Counted from the first letter of the stretch, positions 8,074 to 18,166 are shown. The stretch: 64,000 nucleotides of DNA from Candidatus Wallbacteria bacterium (GCA_028687545.1 JAQTZZ010000012.1:24315-88314); one strand, 5' to 3'. The notes: generated from the sequence alone by a model not told the origin. A program made the numbers and translations.

Positions 8074-11000
8074 TTACAATGCCTGACCCTCAGCACGCTT
8101 TTCCTGCAACTTCCAGGCAAGCTGACTCACCAGTAAGAATGCCGGGCAGCAGAGCGCTGAAATCCAGCAGAGGTTGAGCAGCATTATGTAAAACAGATTG
8201 AAATAAAAAGGCGGGCTGATTTCTATTTGATAATTACCAGGGGAAAGAATCAGGAGCGGAGGAAGAGAGCAGATGGAAAAGTCAAAAGGCCAATGTCTGA
8301 AATCGCGGCACAATTCAAGATTGTAGATTTCGCCGCAGGTCAGGGATAATTCATACTTTCTGCCAAATGGCAGGATTTTTCTCTGAGAAGGTTCATTTTC
8401 TTTGTAAATTTCCAGGCTGAGTTTATCCGGAAAAGTCAGTTCCAGGGCGGCAGTCCCATCCTCCCTGCCCGAGGATTTATCATACAAAATCAGGGACCCT
8501 GGTGCTGAATTCGGAGATAAGAAGGCTCTCACCGGCTGCAGATTGTATTTCTCCGTAAACCTGCTCACCTTCTGATTATCCTGCTCGAAATACTTATCTC
8601 CTGAATGGGATAAATTGCGGACGATTAGGTGATACCTGTCCTGGAGTCCGTTTTCCCATGTTTCCCTGCATTGAGATAGTGCCAGAGCTTTATGAGTCAG
8701 AATTTCCCTCCCTGCTGCCAGATCCCTGTCTGGAGAAATCAGAAATTTATCTGGTTTTTCACAGTCAACTTTTAAACATTGCTTAAGCTGAAAATAACTT
8801 CTGTCTTTATTAGCTAGTGTATTGATGTCCTGCTGAAGAAATATCAGGACTAAGGAGAAAAGCCAGATCCTCCTGGCCATGGCGTTCACACCTGAAACAG
8901 GGTGGCACAGAAGCGCGAGAAAAGGTGGAACAGCCAGCAATGTATCTGCAGTAAATAAAGTGATGAAAAGGTAATACAGCATGGTTCGGCCGGCCTTTGG
9001 CACCATGCGGTATCCCAGGAGCAGCGTCAGAAGCCACATGATCTGAACACTGGTTTCATCTCCGCAGAAGTAAAAACCTCCCAGCAGTTTCTGAAACTGT
9101 CCGACCAATTCAGAATGCCAGGAAACTTGAATTCCAGATTCAATCAATATCAGCAGCCGGTAAAGGATGAACAGTGAAATCCAGGCGGTCTGGAACAATC
9201 CAGGTTTTCTTTCCCATTTGCCTATGAACAGAAGATACAGTATTCCGCCGCTTATCAGCGCCATCCATAACAGATCCGGTTCAAAAAGACCGAGCAGGGC
9301 TGCAGCAGCTGTCAGCAAGGCTTTCCCAAGCGTGAGTGGAAGTACCGCACTCCAGAAAATCAGGGACAGATCGAAGTTGATGATTCTGATCAGATCCTGC
9401 TGGGCATACAGGAAATACAGAGGAATGAGGGGCAGCAGCATTAAAGACAGCCGGGCAGTCCCAGCTCCTGAAACGGATTTCACCAGCCGGTAAGTAAGGA
9501 ATCCTCCGGCAATAGAGGCCAGGATCGAGCAGATCCTGAGCGATCCGTAATCCAGACCAAGTGCTTTGCTCAGGCTGATTTCAGGGTACTCAGGACAGGC
9601 TCCATTGATGTCCACCAGCAGGATGGCAGCTGCGTAAAGAGTAAAAATGGTCAGCGGATGCCTGCAAACAGCTGCGACAGCTCCAGGAGCGGACAGGCAG
9701 CTCCGTAATTCTGCAGCCTGGATTTTCAGTCTGGAGATCAGAGTAAAGGCTCTTTCCGCAGCATAGAAGTAAATCAGTTGAACTGGCGGCTTCAGATAAA
9801 TTTTAAGCTTCCTGCAGGGCAGACAGTTGCCTAGTGCGATTAATAGCAGGACAAACCAGGCGGCATTGATCATCAATATCCACCATTTTCTGAAAATCAG
9901 AGGCAGCCGCAAGTCGAACTCCAGATTGCCCCCACCAGTGGAAACGACCGGAGGAAGTTCCCAGGATGCGTAAAAAAACGGGCAATAGTCGAGCGCTCGG
10001 CTCATCCTGAAATGATTCACTGTTCCTGTAGACAGGGGAACTTTAAAATTGTAGTTCCAGAGCTGTACCTGCGGGTTTCGCCAGTTTTCCTCGGAATAAT
10101 ATTCCAGGATTGTTGAGCAGTCGAATTTGAGTTGCAGCTGCGATTCAGTTTCGCTGACTGTTGATGTGCGTTGCCTGAATGCGACTAAAGAAAATGGGGC
10201 TGAACCAGGAGTATTAAATGCAAAAGCAGGTACCAGGTTGTTTTCCCTTATCAAGCATCGAGTGATCTCTGCTTCCCTCTCGCCGATGCTGCTTACTTGC
10301 TCCGGCGAATTTTCAATAAAAAGTACATTTTCGTGGCCTGGAATCAGTTTCTGATTCAACCTCTCCCTGGCCAGATCCATAGACATCTCTTTTTTTTCAA
10401 GCAGAGGGATCAGGCGGCACATCAAGCGCTGTGCAACCTGGCTGCTTCGCTCAGACGGGGAATACAGAAGATTCGTCCCTTCCCGCAAGTCTTTATCGAG
10501 ATACTGTTTGAGCTGCGACAGGCTGTGGTCGCATTTAAGCAGTGTATCCAGGTCACCCTGCAGGAAGATCAGCATGATTGCCAGGGAAAACAACGCAGCG
10601 AACGGATTCGGAAGCTTTCCTGCAATGTATCCAAACAGGATCAGGATCAGGGGAGCCAGGAAGCCGAACTCAGTGGCTTCTGGATTTACTGCCGGGCCGT
10701 TCGCAAACGGATGGAACATAAAAAGCAGGGTCAGGCTGAGCAGGATTGCCGAACAGATGGACAGGAATTTTCTCAATTCTCCGCATCTGCCGGCAGTGAA
10801 TACTCCTGAAATCAAAGTTATCCCGACCAGCATCGCCGCATACCTGAACTGCACTGAAAAAAGAAATCCATTGGTAAAGCTATAGATAAAGTCATGCAGC
10901 GCCGGGATCTGGTTCCAGTATTGGGTACAGAGAAGATCAAAGCTCTTTGGCCGGAATTTCTGAAGCCCACTCAAAAAATAAATTATCGAGGGGGAAGAGA

Positions 11001-13362
11001 AGATCAGCACTGCAGCCTGCCATTTGAGAAAATGATCCCTGTTCAACTCTTTCTTGTGTATTACTGAAAACAGGATGCTGAAGAGGTAAATCCCCAGAAA
11101 GCCGCCCTGGGAAAAAGTAAACCCGGCCAGGCTCACGCAGGCCAGCAGTTCCCATGAGCAGCCCCCGCGCAGGAATCTCAAAAAAAGAAAAAGGTAGAAC
11201 GCGGTCAGAAAGACAGTTACTGAAGCCTCGGGAAATTGGAGATTAAGGCAGAATAAAAATGGGGAAAGCGAGGCAAAGAGTGCTGAATAGAGTCCTGTTT
11301 TCACTCCAAACAGCTCTTTCCCCAGCAGGTAGATACAATAGATTCCCAGCAGTCCTACTGTCTTCGCGGAAGTCGCGGATATGCCCAGTGAATGCTCGCT
11401 GAAGAGCAAAACAGTAAATGCGAAAACCAGGGTAAAGAAAAGAGGAGGGTTCAGGTGCTCAGACTCCATTTTCTGGCGAAATTCAGATGCAATGCCGGAA
11501 AACCATCCCAGAAGCAATTCCCGGTAATTTCTCAGGTCAGACTGCAGGAGCCCCAGAATCGAGGAAAAAAGCAGAAAGCACCAGGCCAGATCCAGGAGCA
11601 GTATCCAGGGTGTTCTGAAATAAAAAGGTATATTCAGATTTCTGACCTCTTCTCCACGTTTCAGAAACAACAATGGCGGGAGGCAGAGTGAAGGATTGAA
11701 AAGCTGGGAATGGACATTTTCCGACCAGGTGTGCAACCGTCTCCAGGCGTCCAGATGATAGCATTTTCCGGTAGACAAGGTCAGAGAGGCTGTGCCGTTA
11801 TCGTCGGCAATCGTCTGGATTGCCTCAGGTTCGTCTTCAGAGTAAAGATTGTACCCCATGGGCAGCCTGTTTTTCAGTTTCAATGAATATATCTCCCCTG
11901 TAGAGCAAGGTTGGGAGTTGCCATACACAGTAATCGCCTGATAAGGACTCTGGGGAGAAAAAAATACGGCCTGAGGATTCAATGAATATTTCTTTCTGAG
12001 ATAGTCTCTGGCAATCAGGTCCTGTGGCTGGCTTTCTCCTAGGCGCTGCCCGATTTCCCTGAAGACCAGGAATACATTCCCAGTTCCGGTCTGAGCATCG
12101 ATCAAAGTTTCAATGCTGCCTGCAGACAGGCCTTTATACGAAGGCCAGGCCAGGGACCGGGAGCCGGCAATGTATGAGCCGGCCACTTCGCTCAGCGCGA
12201 AAGGGGAGGTGAAAACAGTTCCGCCCAAGCCTTTCAGATAATCCCTGATCTGAAACAGGCTCCTGTCCAGGTTGTCCTGATAGCCGAGAATGCTCTGGAA
12301 AAATATCAGGAGCAGCGCTCCGAGAGCCGGGATCCTGACCATCCCCGGCAGCAGTGTGAAAAACCTGGCCATGAAGATCAGGAGAGCCGGCAGTGCTATG
12401 ATCCCATGCCTCATCCTGTAAACAGCCACTCCTGAAAAATGGAAAAAAAGTTCGGAAGTGAAAAAAAGGAGGAGCAGAGGAATCAATAAATAACCCAGCA
12501 GGAACAGCTCCCCTGAATTCTGCCCGCGATATACCCTGAGCAGCATCGTAGTCAGCACAATCAGCAGAAACAGGGTAATCGCCCACCAGGAATAATAATA
12601 AAAATATCCTTCCAGGAAATGCCTGATGATCTCGATGAATTCGAAGAAATGAGTCGGAGGAAGCCAGCCTGCGCAGGATTTCAGCAAAGTCCCGTACCTG
12701 GAGTTGAGCGGGGAGACGCTTCCGAAAATCAGGACAGGGCTGAGCCCGGCAAAGACAGATAACATCCAGACGAAAAGGCTGCGAAGTCCTGCCTTCTGGT
12801 TCAGGGTGGCCAAAAAATGCAGGGCTGCGAAAGCGAACACAAAGATAAAGTAATAGTCGCTGTAAAATCCGGCAAGCGAGGAAACAACCAGTACCGCCAG
12901 AGACTTTCTGCCCGGATTTTCCCGGAAACGCAGATAATACAGGATGAACTGCGCGCTCGCCCAGTAAAGCATCGAATACATCCGGGCTTCCTGTGAATGA
13001 TAGAAATGGAAAGGATTGAAGGCGCAGAGCAGCGCAGCGAACAGACCTGCGTTCAGTCCGAACATGAAAGAGCCGAGCCTGAAAGTATAATAAATTCCGG
13101 CTACTCCGAAGAAGACAGAAACAAGTCTCAGGCAGGTTTCCAGTGAAAACGGCAGCTTAAGGAAAGGTCTTTCCAGTAAATAATATGTGGGAGGGTGTGT
13201 ATCTTCCTGCAGCACCCGGGAAACAAGGCTCAGAGCTGAACATTCCCGGTTGATCTTTAAACCATAGTGTTCGTCCCAGTCCAGACAGAAATCGGACAGG
13301 CGATAAAGGCGCAGCGCTAGTCCCAGGACCAGAATCAGCAGGATCAGATGCTTTTTTTTCAT
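8074..13362 (-). CDS. roughly 1760-aa fusion of three tandem GT-C (ArnT/PMT_2-like) glycosyltransferase modules
   Basis: Each module has a polytopic membrane domain followed by a roughly 200-aa soluble domain and a C-terminal TM helix. The three soluble domains align with each other and with the 1..1718 paralog. Module 1 carries the HPPTYY and HFYHSQEARMY motifs. The start was moved to MKKKHLILLIL. Confidence 0.7.
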   Translation of the reverse strand: MKKKHLILLILVLGLALRLYRLSDFCLDWDEHYGLKINRECSALSLVSRVLQEDTHPPTYYLLERPFLKLPFSLETCLRLVSVFFGVAGIYYTFRLGSFMFGLNAGLFAALLCAFNPFHFYHSQEARMYSMLYWASAQFILYYLRFRENPGRKSLAVLVVSSLAGFYSDYYFIFVFAFAALHFLATLNQKAGLRSLFVWMLSVFAGLSPVLIFGSVSPLNSRYGTLLKSCAGWLPPTHFFEFIEIIRHFLEGYFYYYSWWAITLFLLIVLTTMLLRVYRGQNSGELFLLGYLLIPLLLLFFTSELFFHFSGVAVYRMRHGIIALPALLIFMARFFTLLPGMVRIPALGALLLIFFQSILGYQDNLDRSLFQIRDYLKGLGGTVFTSPFALSEVAGSYIAGSRSLAWPSYKGLSAGSIETLIDAQTGTGNVFLVFREIGQRLGESQPQDLIARDYLRKKYSLNPQAVFFSPQSPYQAITVYGNSQPCSTGEIYSLKLKNRLPMGYNLYSEDEPEAIQTIADDNGTASLTLSTGKCYHLDAWRRLHTWSENVHSQLFNPSLCLPPLLFLKRGEEVRNLNIPFYFRTPWILLLDLAWCFLLFSSILGLLQSDLRNYRELLLGWFSGIASEFRQKMESEHLNPPLFFTLVFAFTVLLFSEHSLGISATSAKTVGLLGIYCIYLLGKELFGVKTGLYSALFASLSPFLFCLNLQFPEASVTVFLTAFYLFLFLRFLRGGCSWELLACVSLAGFTFSQGGFLGIYLFSILFSVIHKKELNRDHFLKWQAAVLIFSSPSIIYFLSGLQKFRPKSFDLLCTQYWNQIPALHDFIYSFTNGFLFSVQFRYAAMLVGITLISGVFTAGRCGELRKFLSICSAILLSLTLLFMFHPFANGPAVNPEATEFGFLAPLILILFGYIAGKLPNPFAALFSLAIMLIFLQGDLDTLLKCDHSLSQLKQYLDKDLREGTNLLYSPSERSSQVAQRLMCRLIPLLEKKEMSMDLARERLNQKLIPGHENVLFIENSPEQVSSIGEREAEITRCLIRENNLVPAFAFNTPGSAPFSLVAFRQRTSTVSETESQLQLKFDCSTILEYYSEENWRNPQVQLWNYNFKVPLSTGTVNHFRMSRALDYCPFFYASWELPPVVSTGGGNLEFDLRLPLIFRKWWILMINAAWFVLLLIALGNCLPCRKLKIYLKPPVQLIYFYAAERAFTLISRLKIQAAELRSCLSAPGAVAAVCRHPLTIFTLYAAAILLVDINGACPEYPEISLSKALGLDYGSLRICSILASIAGGFLTYRLVKSVSGAGTARLSLMLLPLIPLYFLYAQQDLIRIINFDLSLIFWSAVLPLTLGKALLTAAAALLGLFEPDLLWMALISGGILYLLFIGKWERKPGLFQTAWISLFILYRLLILIESGIQVSWHSELVGQFQKLLGGFYFCGDETSVQIMWLLTLLLGYRMVPKAGRTMLYYLFITLFTADTLLAVPPFLALLCHPVSGVNAMARRIWLFSLVLIFLQQDINTLANKDRSYFQLKQCLKVDCEKPDKFLISPDRDLAAGREILTHKALALSQCRETWENGLQDRYHLIVRNLSHSGDKYFEQDNQKVSRFTEKYNLQPVRAFLSPNSAPGSLILYDKSSGREDGTAALELTFPDKLSLEIYKENEPSQRKILPFGRKYELSLTCGEIYNLELCRDFRHWPFDFSICSLPPLLILSPGNYQIEISPPFYFNLFYIMLLNLCWISALCCPAFLLVSQLAWKLQEKRAEGQAL

Positions 13363-13375
13363 TATAAACACGGAA

Positions 13376-14092
13376 TCACCGTCCGCACACGGAATTCAGA
13401 AGTCCCGGAATTTCTCTGCAGGCGCGGTTGTAGTCCTCCTGAACCCCGATGTCGATGAAATAGCCTTGAGAAACAAATCCGCCGATTTTCAGTTGATCCG
13501 GATTTTTCTGCAGCAGCTCCGTTTCCAGCGAAAATTTCTCAGGCAGCTTTAATCCCTTTAATGATTTCCTGGACATCACATAAACACCGGCATTGATCAA
13601 CCCAGACTGCCGGGATTTTTTTTCAGAAAAAGTTTCCACCATTTTACCCTTGGTCAGGGTAATGCAGCCGTATCTCTCAAAATTCTGCAGCTCACGCAGG
13701 GCAATGGTGATATCACAGCCGTTCTCGACATGCCATTGCAGAAGTTTCCGGGGGTCAAGCTCCAGAAAAGTGTCGCCATTAAAAACAGGAAAACAATCGC
13801 CCTGCATCAGGGGGAGAGCATGCAGGACAGCACCACCGGTACCCAGTGGTGTTTCCTCCTGAGAGTATTCGATGGTTGTCCCGTCAAGCCTGGATCCGAA
13901 AAAGTCACTGATCCGGTCCGCCATGAATCCAGTGGAGATCACCAGTCTCTGGAAGCCACTGACAGAAAGATATTTAAGCAGATACCAGAGAAATGGTTTC
14001 CCCTCAATGGGAAACATAGGTTTCGGAAGCCCCATTGCAGAGCTCTGCAGCCTGGTTCCCATCCCTCCTGCCAAGATCAGACCTTCCATCAT
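13376..14092 (-). CDS. hddC: sugar-1-phosphate nucleotidyltransferase (HddC/mannose-1-P guanylyltransferase-like)
   Basis: LILAGGMGTRL signature, a GTGGA block and PVFNGDTF. Its stop lies 4 nt before the start of the giant GT-C ORF. Confidence 0.65.
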   Translation of the reverse strand: MMEGLILAGGMGTRLQSSAMGLPKPMFPIEGKPFLWYLLKYLSVSGFQRLVISTGFMADRISDFFGSRLDGTTIEYSQEETPLGTGGAVLHALPLMQGDCFPVFNGDTFLELDPRKLLQWHVENGCDITIALRELQNFERYGCITLTKGKMVETFSEKKSRQSGLINAGVYVMSRKSLKGLKLPEKFSLETELLQKNPDQLKIGGFVSQGYFIDIGVQEDYNRACREIPGLLNSVCGR

Positions 14093-14096
14093 CGGG

Positions 14097-15116
14097 TCAG
14101 CTCGCCCAGGTTTCCAGGCCCTTGTCGACGAATTGGAATCTTCTGAACTCCCCTCCGAATTCCTTCAATCTTTCTATTACCGGATGCCGCTTGTTCGCTG
14201 GACAATAAAATATCATGAAACCGCCCCCTCCTGCCCCGGTAAGCTTTCCACCGGTAGCTCCTGCCTTGATCGCTGCATCGTAAATCTCATCGATCATGGG
14301 ATTCGAGATCCCTTCAGCCAGATCTTTCTTATATTTCCAGCCGAAGTTCAGCAGTTCTCCGATCTCATCCAGCTTTCCTTTCAGGATGGCTTCTTTCATC
14401 AGCACTGCCTGCTCCTTGAGCTTGTGCATGGCCTGGACCGCCTTCTCTTCATTTGCAGTCACACTTCTGACCTGGGCTTCGATGATCCTGGAGGACAGCC
14501 TGCTCGTCCCGGTGTAATACAGCACAAGGTTATGCTGGAGTTCATTCAGATAGTCGTCCTTGACTCTCAATGGATTCACCAGTACCCTGTCATTACCGGA
14601 AAATTCAATGAAATTGAATCCGCCAAACGCGGCGGAATAATGGTCCTGCTTCCCGCCGGCCATCAGCATGTCGAGGCGCTCTATCTCGTATGCAAGATGG
14701 GCAATCTCATATTTTCCGAGCGGCAGTTTATGCCATTCTGCGAACGCGCCGACAATCGCCACCACCAGGGTGGATGAAGACCCCAGCCCTGAACCGGGGG
14801 GAGAATCGACGCAGGTCGAAAGTTCAAACGACTGCTTTCCAAGGGAATATCTTTCCACCAGCCTGTTATAAACAGCTTTGATCAAATCCAGCTTTCCATT
14901 CAATTCCAGTTTTTCCAAGGCAGGGAATCTGCTTTTTTCTCCCCTGTCTACTGCATTCAGGGAAATCGTCCCGACCGCCGGTTCGATTGAGGCATAGGCA
15001 TACAGACTGATCGTGGTATTGAGGACAGTTCCCCCGAAAATGTCGGAATAGGGATGCACATCAGTACCGCCACCGGCGAGACCGAGACGAAGCGGAGCCT
15101 TGCTTCTGAAAATCAC
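14097..15116 (-). CDS. hddA: GHMP-family sugar kinase (HddA-like D,D-heptose 7-phosphate kinase candidate)
   Basis: APLRLGLAGGGTD N-terminus and the GHMP motif PPGSGLGSSSTLVVAIVGA. It is adjacent to the nucleotidyltransferase gene. Confidence 0.65.
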   Translation of the reverse strand: MIFRSKAPLRLGLAGGGTDVHPYSDIFGGTVLNTTISLYAYASIEPAVGTISLNAVDRGEKSRFPALEKLELNGKLDLIKAVYNRLVERYSLGKQSFELSTCVDSPPGSGLGSSSTLVVAIVGAFAEWHKLPLGKYEIAHLAYEIERLDMLMAGGKQDHYSAAFGGFNFIEFSGNDRVLVNPLRVKDDYLNELQHNLVLYYTGTSRLSSRIIEAQVRSVTANEEKAVQAMHKLKEQAVLMKEAILKGKLDEIGELLNFGWKYKKDLAEGISNPMIDEIYDAAIKAGATGGKLTGAGGGGFMIFYCPANKRHPVIERLKEFGGEFRRFQFVDKGLETWAS

Positions 15117-15124
15117 TTCACCCC

Positions 15125-15835
15125 CTAAAGTCTTCCAAATGCCTTGAGCAGTATTGTTGCCTTTAAGCAGCGGAACAGTTTGAAAAAGTCAAGTTTGGAT
15201 TTCCCTCCACCTCTGTCGTGGAAATCATACGGCAATTCCATGATCCTGTATTTACTGCGCAGGAAATGATAAAGCAGTTCTTCAGTGATCTCCGGACCAA
15301 GGGAATTAAGATTCGGAAGAATACCGGCGATCACCTCTCTCCGCAAGGCAGCGAACCCGCTGGTGGGATCTTTGATGTCCGTGGAAAAGAGCACTCTGAC
15401 CCAGCCGCTGGAAGCAAAGCTTAACAGCTTTCTCAACAGGCCGCTCCGCAGGTCTCTGCCGTTTCCACTGAAACGGGAAGCGAGCACCACATGATATTTA
15501 TCCAGATAAGAAAGCATCCTGACAATTGTCTCAGGAGGATGGGAAAGATCGCCGTCCATGTAGGCAAGGTAAGGAAAATCCCAGTGGTCCAGGGCGTATC
15601 TGTAGCCTTCGATTGCAGCTGTCCCCCTCCCCCGCCTCTGCTTTCTGACGAGCAGGTGAAGATTGGAGAATCGATCCTGCATTGCAATCACCCGGTCGCC
15701 TGTACCGTCTGGAGAATCATCGTCCACCACCAGCAGAATTTCATCAGGCAGCGCATTGAAGTATTCAGTCACCAGCTGCCCGATGTTTTCCGCTTCATTA
15801 AATGTGAAAACCAGTGTCACCAGCTTTCCGCTCAC
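15125..15835 (-). CDS. GT2 polyprenyl-phosphate sugar synthase (Dpm1-like), soluble catalytic type
   Basis: LVTLVFTFNEAENI..LLVVDDDSPDGTGD..YLAYMDGDLSHPPE are GT-A DxD/DAD motifs typical of dolichyl- or polyprenyl-phosphate mannose/glucose synthases. Confidence 0.8.
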   Translation of the reverse strand: MSGKLVTLVFTFNEAENIGQLVTEYFNALPDEILLVVDDDSPDGTGDRVIAMQDRFSNLHLLVRKQRRGRGTAAIEGYRYALDHWDFPYLAYMDGDLSHPPETIVRMLSYLDKYHVVLASRFSGNGRDLRSGLLRKLLSFASSGWVRVLFSTDIKDPTSGFAALRREVIAGILPNLNSLGPEITEELLYHFLRSKYRIMELPYDFHDRGGGKSKLDFFKLFRCLKATILLKAFGRL

Positions 15836-15943
15836 ATCACTCCCTAACTATCTCAATAAAATGAGGTTCTGAGCCTTAAAAAAGGATAGCATTTTCTGGT
15901 AGCGTCCGCCAGCTGTTCCAAAAAAAATATCCACAAGTTTTGA

Positions 15944-18013
15944 TTATTTCTTCTGATTCAACTGCCCATGAATCGAACAGATCAGGTTTAGACTCCCATT
16001 CGCATTTTTTTCCAGAATGTATTCTCCGCCTGCAGGACATTTCTCGAAAAGTCTGCAGAGCTCAAAATTCCTGAGATCCTGAAAATTTCGAGGTTCTCCC
16101 CTGGTCTGGATGTAAATGGGAATCGTGTTCATAAAATTAGTCAGATTCAATCTGCATTCTTTTAACTTCATCTCTTCAGAAACATCCGGATCTGGTTTTT
16201 CTGAATTTATCGAGGTCTCGGAAGTGGGCAGCGCTTGACTTGGACTTTTCTGCGTCCCGTCTTCGTTGAATTTCTCTGCTTCGATCAATCTGCCTTTCTC
16301 GTATCTGGAAATTATGGCGCAGGCTCTGCCTGGATAAAATTCCTTCTGTTCACCGTTAAGCAAACCGAGAGTATAATTGCGCACAGTGACAGAGCCGGTT
16401 TCTGAAGTAGAAATGTATATTCCGTCAGGTTTTGAATTAAAAAGCGCCACAGCATTGATCACTGAAAATGTCCGGCTCAATCCTCCAGTATCGAGATCTT
16501 TGAGAGATTCAAACTGGCCGTAAACACTGACCAGATTCCCGAACGAGATGTTCTTGTCAGCGAAAACTTCTTCACTGATCCTTACCAGGGCTCCTATTCC
16601 TGTCGCCTCGACTGTTCCGCCATTCGTATCATAGAACGACTGGAACAGGGTAGAAGTGGCAGCAGGACTCTGGGTGGGTTCGATCAGATACAATTCTTCA
16701 GTGCCTGGCAGTTTACGGCTGAGTCGCACGCAGTTCAGATAAACCGGCCTGCCCGAGAGCTTTCTGGCATCGATCGGAGGCCAAAAAGTAATTTTTTCAC
16801 TTGTTACAGAGGCATGGTTTGAGCTGTCAATTTCAATTCCTTTGAGATTCGGCTCCAGTTCACTGAAGCGTGAAATTCCGGTGAAAGCTATTGGTTCCGG
16901 TATTTCTTCTGCAGCCTGGATTTCAATGGAGTTGGCCATCACAATGTTTTCTATAGAATCACCTGACAGGGTATCATTTTCCTTCTTAGTCAGAGATTGA
17001 TTACCAGAATCAATTTTGACTGATTCCTTTTCCTTATTGTTTTGTGCCCGATTCACCCCAATCCAAATATTCCTGAACCCATAGCAGGCATAAATTAATA
17101 AAACCGCCAGCAATAGAACAGGCAGTTTCAAGGAAACGCCTTCCTCAGGTCTTCTCCTTGTCAACACATTGTCTGTACCCGAAAGGTTCACAGTTTCTCT
17201 TTTATCCAGCCTTTTCTTTCTGAAAACAGGGAATAATTTCCAGAATCCGGACGAAAAAGTGCTTTTCCCATGTTCTTTTTTCCGGATCTGGGTTTTCTCC
17301 TGACTGAGCATCTCTTTCTGCCTGCTGACTGCGAATTGGAACAATTTTCTGGCTTCCAGGTCGTCCAGTCCTTTCAAGGCTTCGATTCCGCATACCAGGA
17401 GGTAAGAATCATCGCCGACTACCATCTGTTCAAACGATTCAAGAGCTCTTTTCCGATTCCCCCTGAGCATTGATTCGGCAGTCTTAGCCTTGACCTTACT
17501 GTCCGGGTCTTGCAGAAACGGAGCAATATATTCCATTATCACCGGATTATTTATTAATCCGAATGCCTCAATCGCACTAGCTCTCACTTGAGGATTCTGA
17601 TGTTTCAGCTGTTCAGCGAGCAACGGGATCCCTTCTTCCCCGCCAATTTGTCCAAGCAGGATCAGCAGGCTGGAAAGCACGGCCGGATCTTCTTCAACAG
17701 GGATCAATGACTTCAACAGATCTTTCGGCAGTTTAACACGGCCTGAAATCGCAGCATCCAAAATTCCCTGCTTGGCTTTGGTATCGTTCCCTATCAGGAT
17801 CGTCTCGGGATTCTGAGGATCAGGTGACTTTTCAGACTCGGACAGCAGTCTTCTTGCGTATTGCTGCAGGTCTGGGTTGGGGTCGTTCTGAGCAGACCAG
17901 GATAATATTTTCCTTTTATCCGGGAACTGCATCAGAGCGATTGTGTCGAGAGCCTTTTTCCTTGTTTCAGGTTTGGGATCCGCGAGCAGTTTTTTCAGTT
18001 CTTCCCAGGTCAT
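15944..18013 (-). CDS. HEAT-repeat (PBS-lyase type) membrane protein with an uncharacterised C-terminal domain
   Basis: N-terminal HEAT-like repeats (NPQVRASAIEAFG, DPDSKVKAKTAESML), then one TM helix (LPVLLLAVLLIYACYGF), then a roughly 350-aa Ser/Thr-rich domain. Confidence 0.5.
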   Translation of the reverse strand: MTWEELKKLLADPKPETRKKALDTIALMQFPDKRKILSWSAQNDPNPDLQQYARRLLSESEKSPDPQNPETILIGNDTKAKQGILDAAISGRVKLPKDLLKSLIPVEEDPAVLSSLLILLGQIGGEEGIPLLAEQLKHQNPQVRASAIEAFGLINNPVIMEYIAPFLQDPDSKVKAKTAESMLRGNRKRALESFEQMVVGDDSYLLVCGIEALKGLDDLEARKLFQFAVSRQKEMLSQEKTQIRKKEHGKSTFSSGFWKLFPVFRKKRLDKRETVNLSGTDNVLTRRRPEEGVSLKLPVLLLAVLLIYACYGFRNIWIGVNRAQNNKEKESVKIDSGNQSLTKKENDTLSGDSIENIVMANSIEIQAAEEIPEPIAFTGISRFSELEPNLKGIEIDSSNHASVTSEKITFWPPIDARKLSGRPVYLNCVRLSRKLPGTEELYLIEPTQSPAATSTLFQSFYDTNGGTVEATGIGALVRISEEVFADKNISFGNLVSVYGQFESLKDLDTGGLSRTFSVINAVALFNSKPDGIYISTSETGSVTVRNYTLGLLNGEQKEFYPGRACAIISRYEKGRLIEAEKFNEDGTQKSPSQALPTSETSINSEKPDPDVSEEMKLKECRLNLTNFMNTIPIYIQTRGEPRNFQDLRNFELCRLFEKCPAGGEYILEKNANGSLNLICSIHGQLNQKK

Positions 18014-18166
18014 GAACCAGCCTTATTGTGGAATCTCTAAAACTTTCTGAAATTCTATCAATTTTTGGGATTTTGTCAAAGAAAGGTCCTTTGATCTGTA
18101 AATAAAAAACCGTAGCTGATGCAAAATCCTCTGAAAGGATTTTACAACACTACGGTTTTTAATATT

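Noticed and set aside
10297-10885. Plus-strand ORFs of 170 and 125 aa
   Set aside because: They are antisense inside the giant GT-C ORF.
8074-13371. Possibility that the 1765-aa ORF is an assembly or sequencing artefact joining three adjacent genes
   Set aside because: It cannot be excluded from sequence alone. It is reported as a fusion because the frame is open throughout and the module junctions show no RBS-like spacing. It is flagged for read-level verification.
13872-14777. 301-aa plus-strand ORF
   Set aside because: It is antisense to the GHMP kinase and nucleotidyltransferase genes, which carry clear family motifs. It is spurious.
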